Positions 60,015 to 64,000 of a DNA stretch of 64,000 nt are shown here, piece by piece (positions within the stretch are counted from its first letter, which is position 1; each line of letters opens with the position of its first letter). The DNA comes from Candidatus Multivorans sp. (GTDB taxonomy: Bacteria; Acidobacteriota; Thermoanaerobaculia; Multivoradales; Multivoraceae), in NCBI GenBank assembly GCA_965224025.1, contig OZ245033.1, positions 3,040,001 through 3,104,000 on the forward strand, written 5' to 3'. The notes below the pieces were generated by a model that had not been told where the DNA came from, ran no database searches, and worked only from the letters and a program-made list of their open reading frames with translations. The position numbers and the translations under genes are program-made.

Positions 60015-60099
60015 GATGAAGGTCCTCCCTGGGTTCCGGGCGGCTACGCTACCTTCCGGCGCCGGAGGGGCGCCGAAGTCATGGAAGACCGAGCAGCAG

Positions 60100-60311
60100 T
60101 CAAGCGGCGTGTCACCGTGGTACTGGCCAGCGGCGGTTTCGAGGCGAGCCGCGAGTGGCGGCGGCACCTGGGCGAGGGTTGGGAAGCGGCCAAGGTGCGT
60201 GGCGGCCGCTACAACACGGGCGACGGCATTCGAATGGCGCTCGAGGCCGGCGCCGCGCGCGCCGTCCTCGGCCGGATTGCGGGCGCCGGGGCGGCGGGGC
60301 GCGATGGCTGA
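60100..60311 (+). pseudogene. Remnant of a TcuA-like FAD-dependent dehydrogenase
   Basis: VVLASGGFEA..W..LG.GW..AKVRG..YNTGDGIRMAL is fused to a C-terminal AV.GRIAG. Confidence 0.7.
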
Positions 60312-61353
60312 CCGGCTTCTTGGCGGCGACTCCCGCCTCGGGGAGATTCAGTTCCACGGTCCGCGCGGCCGGGTGCGCTATCTGACTGTAACGAGGTTGT
60401 GGCTGCAGCTCGCTGTAGCAGTCGCCGTCGTCTTCTTCGCTTTCTTCGTCAACGCCGTTGTGGCCGCGCCGGCCGTGGTGCGGGACGAGTTGTTCCGGGC
60501 CGACCACGTCGAGCTCGCCTCTGCGCGCCAGCGCTTCGGTGAGAGGTTCGAGGCGCTGACGGGACGCTACGAGGAGATGCGGGAGGTGGCTTCCGATCTC
60601 GACAACCGCCTCTGCAAGGTGGTTCTTGCCTACGGCGTCGAAGGAATAGCCGCCGAGGGCTGCGGCCGGGCGGCCGATCTTGGCGCCGTGCCGGGAGCGA
60701 CGATCTCCGAGGAGCGGCTACGGGCGGTGCGAACCGCGATCGAGACAGATGTAGAGGGCGTCGCCACGCGTTTCGCAATCCGGCTGGAGGCCGCGGTCGA
60801 GGTCGAGTCGTCACGGCCCGACCTGATCGGCTTCACGCCGTCCGCGTCTCCGCTGCGCGGCGACGACTTCGTTCTCGTCGCCCCCTTCGGGGAAACCGCG
60901 AACCGTGTGACTGGAGCGCCCGAGTTTCACGACGGCATCGATCTCGCGGCGCCGGCCGGGGCGCCGGTTCGGGCCACCGCCGCCGGCCGGGTGACCTTCG
61001 CCGGCCGCGGCGCCGCGCTGGGACCTGCGTGGAGACGGTACGGCCGCGTGCTGGGGATCCGTCACGGAGACGGCTTCATCACCATCTTCGGTCACCTGGA
61101 AGCCACCGAGATCCGCGCTGGTCAGCGTGTCGAGAGGGGCCAGAGGATCGGTACGGTCGGGGCGACCGGCTGGAGCGTGGAGCCGAACCTGCACTATGCG
61201 GTCCTCCGTCGCCGGAGCGATGGTCGCTACGAGGCCATGGACCCGCGGATCCACATCCTCGACTATCGCTGGGACAACGAGCAGGCTCTGGTCTCCGAGA
61301 TCGTGGCGGCGCCGGACGCTCTTCCGCCGGTGCCGGCGACCCTTCTGAGATGA
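60304..61353 (+). CDS. M23-family metallopeptidase
   Basis: TM segment, coiled coil, HDGID, FGHL and GATG.S..PNLHY. Confidence 0.9.
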   Translation: MADRLLGGDSRLGEIQFHGPRGRVRYLTVTRLWLQLAVAVAVVFFAFFVNAVVAAPAVVRDELFRADHVELASARQRFGERFEALTGRYEEMREVASDLDNRLCKVVLAYGVEGIAAEGCGRAADLGAVPGATISEERLRAVRTAIETDVEGVATRFAIRLEAAVEVESSRPDLIGFTPSASPLRGDDFVLVAPFGETANRVTGAPEFHDGIDLAAPAGAPVRATAAGRVTFAGRGAALGPAWRRYGRVLGIRHGDGFITIFGHLEATEIRAGQRVERGQRIGTVGATGWSVEPNLHYAVLRRRSDGRYEAMDPRIHILDYRWDNEQALVSEIVAAPDALPPVPATLLR

Positions 61354-61414
61354 AGGGGTGTTGCTGAGATAGAAAGCTGCGTTCTGGATCTTGGCGACAC
61401 GGAGTGAGTTGCGC

Positions 61415-62077
61415 ATGAAGTACCGAGCTGTGATCTTCGACTTGGGTGGCGTGGTCTTCGGATCGCCCCTGCATGCGATCCGGCGCTACGAGCTGGCGAA
61501 CGGGATCGAGGAGAACTTCGTCAACCGCCTGGTCGTCTCGGCCGGACCGGAGGGCTCGTGGCAGCGGATGGAGCGGGGCGAACTGGTCATGGGTCTGGGG
61601 TTCTTCGCCGCCTTCGACCGCGACGTGAAGGCTGCCGACCCGGCGGTCGCGGAGCATTTCTCGGCTGAGGCGATGATGGCGGCGATCGCCGAGGAGTCGG
61701 GGCCGCGGCCGCAGATGATCAAGGCGCTCCGCCGGCTCCGGGCCGACGGCTACACGGTGGCGGCGCTTACCAACAACTGGGTCAGCGAGGAGGAACGGGA
61801 ACCGAAGGACGCCAAGGAGGCGGCGATGCGGGCGGAGGTCCGGGCCCTGTTCCACGACTACGTCGAGTCGAGCGTGGTCGGCCTGCGCAAGCCGGACCCG
61901 GCGATCTACCGCCTCGCCCGCCGTCGGATCGGCGTGGAGTTCGATGAAGCGGTGTTCCTGGACGACATCGGATCCAATCTGAAGACGGCGCGGGCGCTCG
62001 GCATGACCACGATCAAGGTCGACGATCCGGACGATGCCCTGGCCGAACTGTGGCGGACGCTGGACGGCTACCGGTAG
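61415..62077 (+). CDS. HAD-family phosphatase (sEH N-terminal / ACAD10-like)
   Basis: FDLGGV, LTNNW, RKPDP.IY and FLDD. Confidence 0.93.
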   Translation: MKYRAVIFDLGGVVFGSPLHAIRRYELANGIEENFVNRLVVSAGPEGSWQRMERGELVMGLGFFAAFDRDVKAADPAVAEHFSAEAMMAAIAEESGPRPQMIKALRRLRADGYTVAALTNNWVSEEEREPKDAKEAAMRAEVRALFHDYVESSVVGLRKPDPAIYRLARRRIGVEFDEAVFLDDIGSNLKTARALGMTTIKVDDPDDALAELWRTLDGYR

Positions 62078-62204
62078 AGCCCGTCTCGAAGACTGGCTCG
62101 TCAGCGACCGCGGCGACGAGTTCGTAAAATCTCATGGCGAGAACTTATCAACTCTGGCTATTTGGTGCCGCCGAACCGCGCCGGCGTCGTGACAGCCACG
62201 TCCC

Positions 62205-63017
62205 CTACGGAGCTTCTGCCGTTCCCGGCAGGGCGAACGTGAGATCGACCATGCCGGTGAGGCCGTCGAGCAGGGTGACAGCGGACCGTTGGGTGCCGAG
62301 ACGTTCGTGCCAGGCCTCGATCGTGTAGGTGCCAGCCGGCAGGCCTGGAATCTCGAATGAGCCGTCGGCGCCGGTGACGGCGAAGTAGGGGTGGTTGAAC
62401 ACGGCCAGGTAGGTCGACATCCACGGGTGGACGTCGCACTTGATCCGGAAGGGAGGCTCCTCGTCGGTGAAGGAGAAGGTGGCTCGCTTGATGGCGCCCG
62501 GCATCGCACGGTTGAAGGGCCGGTTGACCTCGGACAGCGAGTGGACGTTGTGCAGCAGTTCGTCGGAGTTCAGGACCTCCAGCTCCTGGCCGACCATGAT
62601 GCCGGCGACGTGGGGCGTGTATCGGCAGCCCTGCTGGTCGATAAGGGGCGGCTCCGCCAGCGGGTAGGGGCCGCCGGGAAGGTTGTCGGCGACGTAGACC
62701 AGGACGTTGGCCAGGCCGGCCTGTTCGTCTACTTCGAGGATCTCTGGATAGACGGCCTCGGTGTGCTTGGCGGCGCAGGCCGGGTCCGCGTCCATGTTCA
62801 GCGGCTGCAGTTCGGGGAGTACCCCGTCGTAGCGGATCGAGCCCCCGATCGTGCTGGCGCCGAGGGGCGCCGCGGGCGGCTCTTCGGCTTCCGGAGCAGC
62901 CTGGTCGGCCCCACCGCCCGTGCCGCCGCCGCAACCGGTCAGGGCGAGGGGAAGGAGGAGCAAGAGGAGCGTCGCGGGCGGGACGCGGCGGAACGAGCGA
63001 AGCTGGAGATGAGTCAT
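62205..63017 (-). CDS. Lipoprotein with cupredoxin-like and carboxypeptidase-regulatory-like domains
   Basis: LTGC lipobox; DQQGC.Y.PH, HNVH, KCDVHPWM and AWHE. Confidence 0.8.
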   Translation of the reverse strand: MTHLQLRSFRRVPPATLLLLLLPLALTGCGGGTGGGADQAAPEAEEPPAAPLGASTIGGSIRYDGVLPELQPLNMDADPACAAKHTEAVYPEILEVDEQAGLANVLVYVADNLPGGPYPLAEPPLIDQQGCRYTPHVAGIMVGQELEVLNSDELLHNVHSLSEVNRPFNRAMPGAIKRATFSFTDEEPPFRIKCDVHPWMSTYLAVFNHPYFAVTGADGSFEIPGLPAGTYTIEAWHERLGTQRSAVTLLDGLTGMVDLTFALPGTAEAP

Positions 63018-63175
63018 GGAGTCATTCTATTGGCCTTCGGACTGAGATCGAACGGCCGAATTCGCGTTCTTCGGGCCGGATTCCTTGACCCGGATGGGGG
63101 CCGGTGTTAGCTTCCGCGCGATTCGTGGCCCGGCTTAGCCCTTGAGGGTACCGCCGCCCTACTTCTTCGCCCTTG

Positions 63176-64000
63176 ATGGCACAGAGTCAGGACAACACTC
63201 ACGAGCCCGTCGCCGGACGCGCGCCGCTGATCGTCGGCGGCTACGACTTCCGTTCGATCACGGAAGCGGTCGCCGTCCCCGTTGAGCGCAAGACGCCGCT
63301 CGGCTGGTGGTTCTTCTTCCTGCCGTCGCTGGCGATGCTGGGCCTGTTCGGGGTCTCCATCGGCTGGCTGTTCTGGGAGGGCACCGGCATCTGGGGCCTG
63401 AACAACCCGGTCAACTGGGGCTTCGCGATCGTCAACTTCGTCTTCTGGGTCGGCATCGGCCACGCCGGCACCTTGATCTCGGCGATCCTGTTCCTGTTCC
63501 GGCAGAAGTGGCGCACCTCGATCAACCGCGCCGCCGAGGCGATGACCATCTTCGCGGTCATGTGCGCGATGGTGTTCCCGGGCATCCACGTCGGCCGGGT
63601 GTGGGTCGCGTACTGGATGTTCCCGCTGCCGAACCAAATGGACATGTGGCCGAACTTCCGCAGTCCGCTGATCTGGGACGTGTTCGCGGTGTCGATCTAC
63701 GGCACGGTGTCCCTGATGTTCTGGTACGTCGGTCTGATCCCCGACCTGGCGACGATCCGCGACCGCGCCAGGACGCGGATTCGCAAGCTCGTCTACGGCA
63801 CCTTCGCACTCGGTTGGCGCGGCTCGCACCGGAACTGGCTGCACTACGAGCGGGCCTACCTGATGCTGGCCGGGTTGGCGACGCCGCTGGTTCTCTCGGT
63901 CCACTCCGTGGTGTCGATGGACTTCGCCACCGCGCAGTTGCCGGGCTGGCACACGACCATCTTCCCGCCCTACTTCGTCGCCGGCGCGATCTTCTCGGGC
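63176..64000 (+). CDS. actC: Alternative complex III subunit ActC (NrfD family), truncated by the window end
   Basis: [48 protein letters not shown] and [18 protein letters not shown]; absent from the ORF track because it has no stop in the window. Confidence 0.93.
   Translation, partial: MAQSQDNTHEPVAGRAPLIVGGYDFRSITEAVAVPVERKTPLGWWFFFLPSLAMLGLFGVSIGWLFWEGTGIWGLNNPVNWGFAIVNFVFWVGIGHAGTLISAILFLFRQKWRTSINRAAEAMTIFAVMCAMVFPGIHVGRVWVAYWMFPLPNQMDMWPNFRSPLIWDVFAVSIYGTVSLMFWYVGLIPDLATIRDRARTRIRKLVYGTFALGWRGSHRNWLHYERAYLMLAGLATPLVLSVHSVVSMDFATAQLPGWHTTIFPPYFVAGAIFSG

Noticed and set aside
62134-62328. Short ORF MARTYQLWLFG after TAAAAT, possibly a transposase N-terminal remnant
   Set aside because: Too short and overlaps a convergent gene; cannot be supported.

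Overview
High-GC bacterial chromosome segment. The gene content (internalin-type LRR/FN3 surface proteins, PQQ dehydrogenases, DUF1800/DUF1501, sulfotransferase, alternative complex III) suggests an Acidobacteriota-like, possibly sponge-associated organism; this is inference only. From left to right: an LRR-FN3 surface-protein pseudogene interrupted by two IS3-family elements; a large secreted LTD-EEP nuclease; AKR-DUF1800-DUF1501; a frameshifted ImmA/IrrE-DUF4411 pair; and a ~6 kb accessory island (16719-22689). The island sits in the middle of a palindromic repeat whose intact homologue is at 35070-35230, and it carries three integrase 3' remnants and an IS630. Next come a cytochrome c'-2xDUF6644-PQQ dehydrogenase cluster, a frameshifted ATPase-TOPRIM (OLD-like) gene, GST, GNAT-xth-sulfotransferase, a TonB-dependent receptor, a Rieske-cytochrome b-octaheme HAO-like operon, an RND pump with regulator and a cytochrome c-PHM-like copper monooxygenase. 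The right end holds smc and pyrRBC (divergent, with tandem NrdR-box-like sites between them), a mazEF pair with a broken toxin, an M23 peptidase, a HAD hydrolase and the start of actC. No rRNA, tRNA or CRISPR array was seen. All assignments come from motif recognition by eye, without database searches.
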